DNA of 40,343 nucleotides from a virus (Duplodnaviria; Heunggongvirae; Uroviricota; Caudoviricetes): IMG/VR virus record IMGVR_UViG_2718218360_000013; one strand, 5' to 3'. Shown piece by piece: positions 1 to 7,352 of this stretch (position 1 is its first letter; each line of letters starts with the position of its first letter). The notes under the pieces were generated by a model. It saw only the letters and a program-made list of their open reading frames with translations, ran no database searches and was not told where the DNA came from. The position numbers and the translations under genes were made by a program.

Positions 1-738
1 TCATTCACTCTCTTTCAAACCAGTTTTAACTGTTTGTGGTTTTGGGTAAGGCTGGACTTTGAATAGCTTTGTGTTGAGGCGTTTTCTGGCCCTCTTGTTC
101 AGAAACCGGATGTAACGAAACTGTCGGAACTTATGAACACTGGCTCTGTCAATATTAGCCCTCAGATGTTCACCTCGTTGTCCGCCTCGTTTAATGGCAT
201 TCCTGCAAATCTCGTGATACCACTCGCCATCAAGTTCATAGAATATTGATTCATGGCTGCCTACATAATCAAAATTGCTTGCCTGATACACGACACCAAG
301 ACAGCCACAACGCTCATCTGCAAACGACTGAACCCACTGTACCTGCGGATAAAGCTGCCTGATTAGCTTGAGCGCGTAACTGATTGCCCTTGATTCGGAG
401 TTTCTCGGCATACAGTCATGCAGCCATAGCCGGTTAAGCTCCATATATTCTCGGTTCTGCGTACCCGTTACGACGCGTGCACCACTGTTTGGGTTAAGGG
501 CGTAACCCCATTGCATTACGCCAACAAGTTCCCGTTCTGAAAATATGCCCAGATGAAGGTAGGAGTTATTTACGAAACGGTGGCTGTAATGTTTATTGAC
601 GATGACCAGTCTGGCCAGCCAGCAACTTATTGTCTCAACCCGCAACTCACGGGAGCCATAACCAACGATATTGTCGTTATAGCGAATAAGTTCAGGCGTG
701 CTGATGATTCGGGATGTGACTTGCTTTCTGTTCCCCAC
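1..738 (-). CDS. mom: Mom-like DNA modification protein; true start may be internal
   Basis: 245-aa ORF directly downstream of and overlapping a Com-like zinc-finger gene at the same genome position as Mu mom; stop codon at window positions 1-3. Confidence 0.75.
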   Translation of the reverse strand: MGNRKQVTSRIISTPELIRYNDNIVGYGSRELRVETISCWLARLVIVNKHYSHRFVNNSYLHLGIFSERELVGVMQWGYALNPNSGARVVTGTQNREYMELNRLWLHDCMPRNSESRAISYALKLIRQLYPQVQWVQSFADERCGCLGVVYQASNFDYVGSHESIFYELDGEWYHEICRNAIKRGGQRGEHLRANIDRASVHKFRQFRYIRFLNKRARKRLNTKLFKVQPYPKPQTVKTGLKESE

Positions 739-892
739 GACAGGATTTCCTTGTGTATGTGGGGTGCTCTGTGGCGCTCGGAGATGTGATTTGATTGAGG
801 GTTTTACAGCGCGGACATTTTACTTCCAGATAACTGAAACTGGCCCGTGCCAGTAGCTTATTGCAGTGTCGGCACCGTATGTTTCGATACAT
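692..892 (-). CDS. com: Com-like translational activator of mom (Cys4 zinc finger)
   Basis: [14 protein letters not shown]...EVKCPRCK matches the Mu Com pattern IRCxxCNKLL...RCPRCK; ATG at 892 chosen, ORF track starts at a TTG at 937; 3' end overlaps mom. Confidence 0.7.
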   Translation of the reverse strand: MYRNIRCRHCNKLLARASFSYLEVKCPRCKTLNQITSPSATEHPTYTRKSCRGEQKASHIPNHQHA

Positions 893-935
893 GACCGCAT
901 AACCTCCTGCTTTGTTGTTGATGCCTTTCTCATGC

Positions 936-1113
936 AATCGATCGACAAAAACGATCGATTCGATTTGTTTAATTGATACAACAAATAGATTGAAAAGTCA
1001 TCAACAATGATTCAGGGAGGTGATTATTTACTTAAAGAAAACGAAGAGTTAGGTGGTGAAAACGATCATAAAATGATCATTTTATTGACTTTTTATACAG
1101 TGAAGGTAGGATC
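936..1113. promoter_or_regulatory. Putative com-mom regulatory region with five clustered GATC (Dam) sites, four of them inside two palindromes
   Basis: GATC at 940, 953, 1064, 1075, 1110; perfect palindrome AATCGATCG-N7-CGATCGATT at 936-960; GATCAT-AAA-ATGATC at 1064-1078; AT-rich, upstream of com. Confidence 0.5.
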
Positions 1114-1164
1114 ACGCGTATATGTAGTATGTTTCAAATCAACAGGATACTACATAAAAGTGAA

Positions 1165-1192
1165 ACCCAGCATAGCTGGAACTATGCTGGGT
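1165..1192 (-). terminator. Rho-independent terminator-like hairpin, 11-bp perfect stem with 6-nt loop, U-rich tract on the minus-strand transcript
   Basis: ACCCAGCATAG-CTGGAA-CTATGCTGGGT; reverse complement is followed by TTCACTTTTATG. Confidence 0.5.
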
Positions 1193-1303
1193 CAATCTGT
1201 AAAAACTTGCATCAATGCTTTACTTCGAGCTCGTGGCGTATCCTATGATATTCCCCGGTCTCCTGTAAAGCAGAGATGCATAAAAAGGAGATCTTTATCA
1301 TGG

Positions 1304-1471
1304 ATGAAAGAGCCTGTTTGCCCTGCCTGTAAGACTCCCTTACAGCTCATCTATCGCCGTTCTCGATCTCAAAATGGCAAGACATACAAACCCAAAAATG
1401 CTTCCTGTTTCAGGATGCTGATATGTCCTGCCTGTTCTCCCAGGAGGGAAAATACACAAAACGTGCATTAA
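1304..1471 (+). CDS. Possible small zinc-ribbon protein (55 aa, two CPAC motifs); uncertain
   Basis: AAGGAG at 1285-1290 followed by an in-frame ATG at 1304; MKEPVCPAC...ICPAC; sits between two terminator hairpins; the longer 154-aa ORF from 1007 is not supported. Confidence 0.25.
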   Translation: MKEPVCPACKTPLQLIYRRSRSQNGKTYKPKNASCFRMLICPACSPRRENTQNVH

Positions 1472-1480
1472 CAAACTCAC

Positions 1481-1500
1481 CCGGCAGGGAAACCTGCCGG
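1481..1500 (-). terminator. Hairpin with GAAA loop 10 nt after the stop of ORF 1510-1755; possibly bidirectional
   Basis: CCGGCAGG-GAAA-CCTGCCGG; minus-strand transcript continues GUGAGUUUGUUAAUG. Confidence 0.4.
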
Positions 1501-1509
1501 TCGGTATTG

Positions 1510-1755
1510 TTACATCATAGTACCGTCAGTTCCGGGCTGAACCGGCTCTGGTTGCTCTACGGGTTGAGGATCATTTTCCGTGCTGTTTTCAGCCGGAGAA
1601 CGGCCAACCATTCGGGCCAGCACTTCATCAACATATGCGTCGATTTGTGCCTCAAAATCCTTGCGAACCTGCGCCTTCAGCACGCGGTTCACTTCTTCAG
1701 AATAAAGTGCCTGTTTGACAAGCTCTTCAGTAACCGTGCCTTTAATCTCTGGCAT
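1510..1755 (-). CDS. Hypothetical acidic protein (81 aa), cargo island
   Basis: Protein-like helical sequence (EELVKQALYSEEVNRVLKAQVRKDFEAQIDAYVDEVLARM); same strand as flanking cargo genes. Confidence 0.4.
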   Translation of the reverse strand: MPEIKGTVTEELVKQALYSEEVNRVLKAQVRKDFEAQIDAYVDEVLARMVGRSPAENSTENDPQPVEQPEPVQPGTDGTMM

Positions 1756-1790
1756 GAATATTCTCCTTTTGCAGGTATATTGCCCCGTTA

Positions 1791-1973
1791 TCAGAGCGGG
1801 GTCGGGTCGTTTGGGGATGACGGTGCCTGTGCTGTTTTACTGAGTTTTTCAGCTGCCGCATCATCAATTTTACGGCGAATATAATTTCTGATGACCTTAT
1901 AACCACCGCTCACCAGATATAACGCACTGACCACAGCGCAGAAATAAAGCAGCATTGTATGAACGAATGTCAT
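1791..1973 (-). CDS. Hypothetical small single-pass membrane protein (60 aa)
   Basis: N-terminal hydrophobic helix MLLYFCAVVSALYLVSGGY followed by a basic stretch; AAGGTAAGG SD-like sequence upstream of the ATG. Confidence 0.4.
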   Translation of the reverse strand: MTFVHTMLLYFCAVVSALYLVSGGYKVIRNYIRRKIDDAAAEKLSKTAQAPSSPNDPTPL

Positions 1974-2041
1974 ATAACCTTACCTTTGATATTGACTACA
2001 TAATTCGTTATCGGGTAAAAACATCGAAGCGACTGATAACC

Positions 2042-2066
2042 ACTCCTTCGGGAGTATTTTTATTTT
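2042..2066 (+). terminator. Plus-strand-oriented terminator-like hairpin (ACTCC-TTCG-GGAGT followed by ATTTTTATTTT)
   Basis: Short stem with TTCG tetraloop followed by a T-run on the plus strand; orientation is opposite to the surrounding genes. Confidence 0.4.
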
Positions 2067-2085
2067 CCTTTATGGGTTAGGTAGC

Positions 2086-2124
2086 TCCCGCCAGCCATAT
2101 CATGACCGGCGGGATTTTTTTATT
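2086..2124 (+). terminator. Plus-strand-oriented terminator-like hairpin (TCCCGCC, 15-nt loop, GGCGGGA, then TTTTTTTATT), overlapping the esterase stop codon
   Basis: 7-bp GC-rich stem followed by a T-run on the plus strand. Confidence 0.45.
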
Positions 2125-4159
2125 CTGTTACCGCTTTTTTCACTTCCACCACAATGCTGTCAATCAGCACCGGGTAAGTTGCATTTTTTGTGATATCCGT
2201 TACGCGGAGTTTGTCCACCGGGAAAGTTCCTACTGGTGACTGCGTCAGGGTAAACGCGGCACCATCCTGACCATCAATAACCGGAATAACCTGAAGGCTG
2301 TTATTTCCTGCAAAACGGAAGGCCAGCGTATGCCATTCATTATCAAATGCACCAAAGGTTCCCAGTTTCTGGTTATTTGTTGCCACTTTTGCATTGTGGT
2401 ACATCACATTCAGGTCTTTTGCGTCTGTCTGGATGTAGAACGATGCCAGCAGATTATTCCCTGCATCCCCTGTCAGGGTGACACCCTGCGGCAGAGAGGA
2501 AACCGGCCAGTAAAGCCCCATGACATACTGGTTTGCCACCAGGTCGCCAGGTACTTTAAAACGACAACTGATTAAACCACCATTTTTCAGCAGTTCAGCA
2601 CCAGTACCGGCATCATGATCCAGATACCAGGATGATTTACCTGTTTCCTTGGTCAGTTTCATTGCCTTACCACCTGTGCCTCCTGCATCACTGATAATTT
2701 CAGCTTTACCGCCAGCCGGCTCCCAGCCCTGGGCTTTCAGATTTCCTTCTGACTCACTGACACGATAAGACAGCAGTGTTGTGGTTACTGCTTCAGTTTC
2801 TGAAGGTGACGGCACTGGTGCTTCAGTTTCAGAAGATGGAACATCGGCTTTTACTGTGGTTCGCCCCGCATGAGTCAGAACTGCCGTGGCCAGACGGTCG
2901 GAAATAATCCCACGACGTGCCCATGAACTGAAATGGCTGGCCCGGTCCGCAGATGTCCAGGTGGCGGCACTGTTACGCCACGTTGAGCCGTAATAACCAA
3001 TGGATTCAATATCCGGGTCTTCTGCCGGATTGTTGGTGGGTACATTCGCGTCATTTTCATCTGTCATTAATGGAACGAAATGAATGTTTTTATCTGTTTT
3101 GTTTTTGTAGCCGCCATAGATTGCCTGGTATGCCGGTTCATTTTTCTGTTTCCAGAAATACGTGGTATCGCCACAAATCCACGGAACGCCAGCAGCACTG
3201 CCACCGGTACACTGTTCCGCCTGTTCAGCCAGGTCTGCGCGGAATTTTTCCACCATCGCCAGAAACAGCGCGGAATGCTCCGTCGGCTTCGCATCAATAT
3301 CAAACTCGCCCTGCATCCACACCACAGCAAGCAGGCGGTTTTTCGGGTTCTTCGCCAGTGCCGCTTTTGTCCGGCTGATTAAGTCCTTATACAGCGGCTT
3401 ATCCACACCCCAGCGGGCTGAGTCCTCTGAAGCACCCGTGCTGTCACTGTACGTGCCGTCAGCACCCGCCGTGAATGCAGAACCACCACGGCAGCAGGGA
3501 ACCAGCAGAATCCCCGCATCTGCCGGAATAAACGGCAGCAGTTTTTTGGCAATGTGAAGCCCCTGACCCACGGTGCCATATTGCCCTTTAGCCACATCCG
3601 CTTTCGGGTGATTTTTTCCACTCATATCCTGCACATCATGCAGACAGTGGTCGGCCAGAATGATGTCGTTATACTGACAGGCTTTACCTCCCGGCGTGAC
3701 TGTACTGCGACGGGCTAACTGCATAATACGCGGTTCGGGGCGGTCATATGTCTCCGGCAGTGGCAGACCTTCACCGTAAGCCATACCGTTTGACTGACCA
3801 GCAAGAACCACCACGTAATACCAGGAAGGGGAGCTGGAAGCAGTTTCATTTCCTGACGGACGGGTATGTGTTTCAGCATTATCCCAGTCTGACGGTTCAG
3901 CAGTACCGGCAACATCAGCACTTAACGGAATGACCGCACCAATACCCGCTCCGGTAATTTCCACACTCGGATCACCGGATACTGGCCTTACCCACAGGCA
4001 ATCCCGTGTATTAAAACTGATGAGACAGTCAGCAAATGTCATTCCTCCTTTTGTTTCGGCCGGAGGAAAGGGAGCCTCAAGAAATGCCGCTGTACCACCG
4101 GAAACTTTAACAGTAAAGTTTCCGGGCATTGATGATAGTTGAACCCATTTGGACGTCAT
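2120..4159 (-). CDS. SASA/SGNH-type carbohydrate O-acetylesterase with Thr/Pro/Glu-rich linker and beta-rich lectin-like C-terminal region (NanS-p-like)
   Basis: Motifs VVVLAGQSNGMAYGEG and LAVVWMQGEFD as in sialate O-acetylesterase (SASA) domains; linker ETEAPVPSPSETEAVTTT; 679 aa; no Mu counterpart at this position. Confidence 0.65.
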   Translation of the reverse strand: MTSKWVQLSSMPGNFTVKVSGGTAAFLEAPFPPAETKGGMTFADCLISFNTRDCLWVRPVSGDPSVEITGAGIGAVIPLSADVAGTAEPSDWDNAETHTRPSGNETASSSPSWYYVVVLAGQSNGMAYGEGLPLPETYDRPEPRIMQLARRSTVTPGGKACQYNDIILADHCLHDVQDMSGKNHPKADVAKGQYGTVGQGLHIAKKLLPFIPADAGILLVPCCRGGSAFTAGADGTYSDSTGASEDSARWGVDKPLYKDLISRTKAALAKNPKNRLLAVVWMQGEFDIDAKPTEHSALFLAMVEKFRADLAEQAEQCTGGSAAGVPWICGDTTYFWKQKNEPAYQAIYGGYKNKTDKNIHFVPLMTDENDANVPTNNPAEDPDIESIGYYGSTWRNSAATWTSADRASHFSSWARRGIISDRLATAVLTHAGRTTVKADVPSSETEAPVPSPSETEAVTTTLLSYRVSESEGNLKAQGWEPAGGKAEIISDAGGTGGKAMKLTKETGKSSWYLDHDAGTGAELLKNGGLISCRFKVPGDLVANQYVMGLYWPVSSLPQGVTLTGDAGNNLLASFYIQTDAKDLNVMYHNAKVATNNQKLGTFGAFDNEWHTLAFRFAGNNSLQVIPVIDGQDGAAFTLTQSPVGTFPVDKLRVTDITKNATYPVLIDSIVVEVKKAVTE

Positions 4160-4258
4160 AATAATCAGCCTGTTCCTGAATAAACTGAATTATCATATCC
4201 ACAGACCGATAAACGCCATTTTGCGTTAATTCAGTAAAGGCCCAACAAAGAGAGCGTC

Positions 4259-4819
4259 TTATTTTTCCGAAACGCTCGCAGGATAATAACGATAAAGGGT
4301 TGAAAGGCCGATATCAAAAATAAGTGCCACCTGTCTTCGACTGACACCCCCGGCCAGTAAACGCCCGACCTGCTCGTATTGTTCCTGCGTGAGACGACGG
4401 GGTCTGCCGCCGGTTCGTCCCCTTTCACGGGCAGCTGCAAGACCAGCCCGTGTCCGTTCGACAATTAATTCACGCTCCATTTCTGCCAGCGCACCCATTA
4501 TGTGAAAAAAGAAGCGCCCCATGGGGGTTGACGTATCAATGTTGTCAGTAAGACTACGAAAATTTATCCCCTGTTGCTGTAATTCATCTGTCAGCGCAAC
4601 AAGGTGGCGCATACTGCGCCCCAGCCTGTCCAGTTTCCAGACCATCAGTGTGTCACCGGGTTTTAGTTTCTTCAGTGCCCGCTTCAGTCCCGGCCGCTGT
4701 GTCGTTTTACCACTCATTTTATCTTCAAAAATCTGCTCACATCCTGCACATTCCAGCGCATTTCTTTGTAAACCTGTGTTCTGGTCATTTGTTGATACGC
4801 GTATATAGCCAATCAGCAT
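4259..4819 (-). CDS. gin: Serine DNA invertase (Gin/Hin/Cin/Pin family)
   Basis: MLIGYIRVSTNDQNTGLQRNALECAGCEQIFEDK... closely matches Mu Gin; resolvase-type N-terminal catalytic region; adjacent to the invertible tail-fibre segment. Confidence 0.9.
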   Translation of the reverse strand: MLIGYIRVSTNDQNTGLQRNALECAGCEQIFEDKMSGKTTQRPGLKRALKKLKPGDTLMVWKLDRLGRSMRHLVALTDELQQQGINFRSLTDNIDTSTPMGRFFFHIMGALAEMERELIVERTRAGLAAARERGRTGGRPRRLTQEQYEQVGRLLAGGVSRRQVALIFDIGLSTLYRYYPASVSEK

Positions 4820-5245
4820 GTATTTACCTTCCTTAAAAAGAGGTGGAAAGGCCTTTTAAAGCAGATATACGGCATCCCTGAAACCTTCGGTTTACGGGAT
4901 ACTGTAAACAGGGCCGCGAATGCCCTGCCATCGAACGGAGCGGCTGTTGCAGCGAATAAACTCGCCACTCCAAGAAATATTAATGGTGTCCCATTTGACG
5001 GAACGCAGGATATAAATATTACATCGGGGATGACGCAGTCTGTGGCTGACTCACGTTATGTTCAAAGCATTCGAAGAGGTTCAAGGTCAACGATTGGAAT
5101 GCAATATAATATTTTTGAGGTTCCTGACGGATGCGTACTTACAGGGCTTGATGTCGCTGGTGATGGTAATGCAACGGTAACCGCATATTATCGACCTGTT
5201 CAGTTTCTGATAGATGGTTCGTGGAAAACAGCTTCCAGCGCATAA
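4796..5245 (+). CDS. Silent alternative tail-fibre C-terminal cassette (Sv'-like); open frame with no start codon before 5030
   Basis: Encodes ...GLRDTVNRAANALPSNGAAVAANKLATPRNINGVPFDGTQDINITSGMTQ, parallel to the S region GLRETVNKAADALPSGGTAVAANRLATPRNINGVPFDGTLDINITSGMTQ; C-terminal YYRPVQ...W.T.SS in both. Confidence 0.6.
   Translation, partial: YAYIANQHVFTFLKKRWKGLLKQIYGIPETFGLRDTVNRAANALPSNGAAVAANKLATPRNINGVPFDGTQDINITSGMTQSVADSRYVQSIRRGSRSTIGMQYNIFEVPDGCVLTGLDVAGDGNATVTAYYRPVQFLIDGSWKTASSA
4874..4900. other. gix/hix-like recombination site, gin-proximal boundary of the invertible segment
   Basis: ATCCCTGAAACC-TTC-GGTTTACGGGAT, a dyad with AAACC...GGTTT arms as in Gin/Hin crossover sites; lies 55 bp upstream of the gin start. 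Confidence 0.55.
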
Positions 5246-5324
5246 AAGTGCAGTAGTTCAAAAAACAGATTATCTGAATAAATATATGATGATTTTGTCT
5301 TTTCAACAAAAACAAGGTGAAATA

Positions 5325-5846
5325 ATGGAGCTTATTAACGTAAAACGATATTACCCGGAACACAAACCCTATGGTGAGGATGTTCAGTATTTCCAGAGTG
5401 AGGACGGAAGGGATTTTTATGAATCTATCCCGCTTTTCACAAAGAAATACAAACTCTGTATTTCGCCTGTAACGGGTATTATCTGCTCTGTTGCTGAAGA
5501 TGTCTCTGCTTTATATCCGGCAGGTTTTACTGTTGTTGAAGTGGACGAACTGCCGGAAGGTGTGAATATTGACGGTAACTGGCAGTTTTCTGATGGCCTG
5601 ATATCAAAGGTGCCGGTAAACTGGAAGACGGTTGCTGAAAAGCGCCGCTCATCGCTGCTCCAGGAAGCCAACGAAACTGTGGATGACTGGAAAACGGAAT
5701 TAAAACTGGACATGATTAGCGATGAAAATAAATTACAGCTGACGCGCTGGATGGCGTATATCCGACAGCTTAAAGAAATGCACTTTAATGATATTGCCAG
5801 TGAGGGGCATTACCAGGCGATTCCCTGGCCGGAAAAACCGGAATAA
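5325..5846 (+). CDS. Tail fibre assembly protein (U'-like)
   Basis: C-terminus LQLTRWMAYIRQLKEMHFNDIASEGHYQAIPWPEKPE is typical of Tfa/U proteins; follows the Sv' cassette on the same strand; start chosen at MELINVK with AAGGTGA upstream. Confidence 0.75.
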   Translation: MELINVKRYYPEHKPYGEDVQYFQSEDGRDFYESIPLFTKKYKLCISPVTGIICSVAEDVSALYPAGFTVVEVDELPEGVNIDGNWQFSDGLISKVPVNWKTVAEKRRSSLLQEANETVDDWKTELKLDMISDENKLQLTRWMAYIRQLKEMHFNDIASEGHYQAIPWPEKPE

Positions 5847-5880
5847 TTCAGAGGGTGCATTCAGCACCCTTTTCTGTGGT

Positions 5881-6792
5881 TTACACTGAACTTACCGTTC
5901 TCCAGGCATTATTAATATAAATCTGAACCGGGCGATAATAGACCCCACCGATATTGTCCGCAGACCGGGAGCCGGTTTCCTGCACGTTAATTCCGGAAAG
6001 CATACAACCGGAAGGTGCGCTGTAATTCCATGACATTTCATTGCCTCCGGGTGAATGATAGCTCTGTGCTCCAAGCTGAACATTCTGTACATACCGGCCA
6101 TCTGCGGTTGACTGCGTCATTCCTGACGTGATGTTGATATCCAGCGTTCCGTCAAAAGGAACACCATTAATATTTCTTGGGGTGGCGAGTCTGTTTGCTG
6201 CCACGGCGGTTCCACCCGATGGCAGGGCATCAGCAGCCTTATTTACCGTTTCCCGTAAACCAACGTTATCGATAAAAGCGCCTTTATCCGGAATGTCTGC
6301 GCCGTTCTGCTCCCTGCGCAGGTAACGGTTATCACCTTCGCTTTTGCTGTAAACATCCAGATTATTACGGGCGGTTCCCGCATTCTCCAGGTCGGCAAGG
6401 TTCTGATCCTTCGCCAGAGCATTAACGTCACCGGGACCAAGACTGTTTTTTGTGGCAAGCGCCCCAAGACCAAGATAACCACGGGCAAGACGCTGGGCTT
6501 CCGCACCGGCATCAGCAATTTCTTTCAGGTTGTTTTTCCGGGAAAAGGCATTCGCAGCGATAATGGCTTTAATGGACAGCGTAAGCTGGTTTAACTGCGC
6601 CTTATCCGGCTGAATACTGGCTTCAGCCAGAATATTCAGCAGTTCGGCCTGGAGAATATTCAGCCAGTCCTGACCAATCCAGCTGATACCTTTTTGTCCG
6701 TCACCTTCGGTAAACCAGGTGGTGGTATTACTCTGCGCCGGTGCCAGCGCAGGCATATTCGCCACGCCGGAATTATTATCAACATGGAACAT
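5881..6792 (-). CDS. Tail fibre protein S (constant part fused to the currently expressed variable part)
   Basis: Follows gp48-like gene with overlapping TAATG stop/start; C-terminal part is paralogous to the plus-strand Sv' cassette. Confidence 0.8.
   Translation of the reverse strand: MFHVDNNSGVANMPALAPAQSNTTTWFTEGDGQKGISWIGQDWLNILQAELLNILAEASIQPDKAQLNQLTLSIKAIIAANAFSRKNNLKEIADAGAEAQRLARGYLGLGALATKNSLGPGDVNALAKDQNLADLENAGTARNNLDVYSKSEGDNRYLRREQNGADIPDKGAFIDNVGLRETVNKAADALPSGGTAVAANRLATPRNINGVPFDGTLDINITSGMTQSTADGRYVQNVQLGAQSYHSPGGNEMSWNYSAPSGCMLSGINVQETGSRSADNIGGVYYRPVQIYINNAWRTVSSV
6250..6275. other. gix/hix-like recombination site inside the S coding sequence
   Basis: TTCCCGTAAACC-AA-CGTTATCGATAA; left half matches Mu gix TTCCTGTAAACC at 11 of 12 positions as recalled. 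Confidence 0.6.
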
Positions 6793-7352
6793 TAAATATT
6801 CTCCTCTTCGTGACTGTTTGCATATACGTAAATAAACGTCTGCCATGCAGGCTTATAACGGTTCAGAATACATTCCAGCGCACCGCCTTCATAAATACGC
6901 AGCGGCGTGAGAATATCATCCAGCACATTCATATTCCGGTAGCCGGTTTCACTGTTAATCGTGACAATACTGACCCACTGTGAATCCGGTGATGGCTGAA
7001 TATCTATTTCATAACCAAACTCTGCCGCAAACCGGATATAAAATTCACGGTTAAGAGAGGGTTTCATCCGGTATTTATTCCCGGCATAACGCTGACGCTC
7101 CTGAATGGTTGCGCCGGTCATATCACATTCCGGTAACCCCAGATAACGCTCCCAGTCTTCCAGCAGCAGACGGGATGAATCAGGAAAACGTTCTGCCAGC
7201 ATCTGGTTACCGGTCCAGGAAACACGCTCCGTGGAATGACTGAGGCCCAGGCACAAAGCCGCAAGAACGGATGACGGCCGCTTATCCCATGCCAGCCCGT
7301 CAGGCAGCAACTGCAACAGGGCGCGCTGATGCGGGGTCAGGGTTACAGCCAT
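6792..7352 (-). CDS. Mu gp48-like tail/baseplate protein
   Basis: Position between the baseplate J-like gene and the tail fibre gene; 186 aa. Confidence 0.6.
   Translation of the reverse strand: MAVTLTPHQRALLQLLPDGLAWDKRPSSVLAALCLGLSHSTERVSWTGNQMLAERFPDSSRLLLEDWERYLGLPECDMTGATIQERQRYAGNKYRMKPSLNREFYIRFAAEFGYEIDIQPSPDSQWVSIVTINSETGYRNMNVLDDILTPLRIYEGGALECILNRYKPAWQTFIYVYANSHEEENI

Noticed and set aside
1007-1471. 154-aa plus-strand ORF as a full-length gene
   Set aside because: No ribosome-binding site at 1007; the 5' two-thirds is AT-rich, contains the Dam-site palindromes and a strong terminator hairpin (1165-1192). Only the 3' 55 codons, which have their own Shine-Dalgarno sequence, are kept as a low-confidence call.
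4910-6232. Diversity-generating retroelement targeting the tail fibre
   Set aside because: The ~135-bp repeats are inverted, flanked by gix-like sites and adjacent to a serine invertase; no reverse transcriptase ORF is present in the window and the differences are not adenine-specific by eye.
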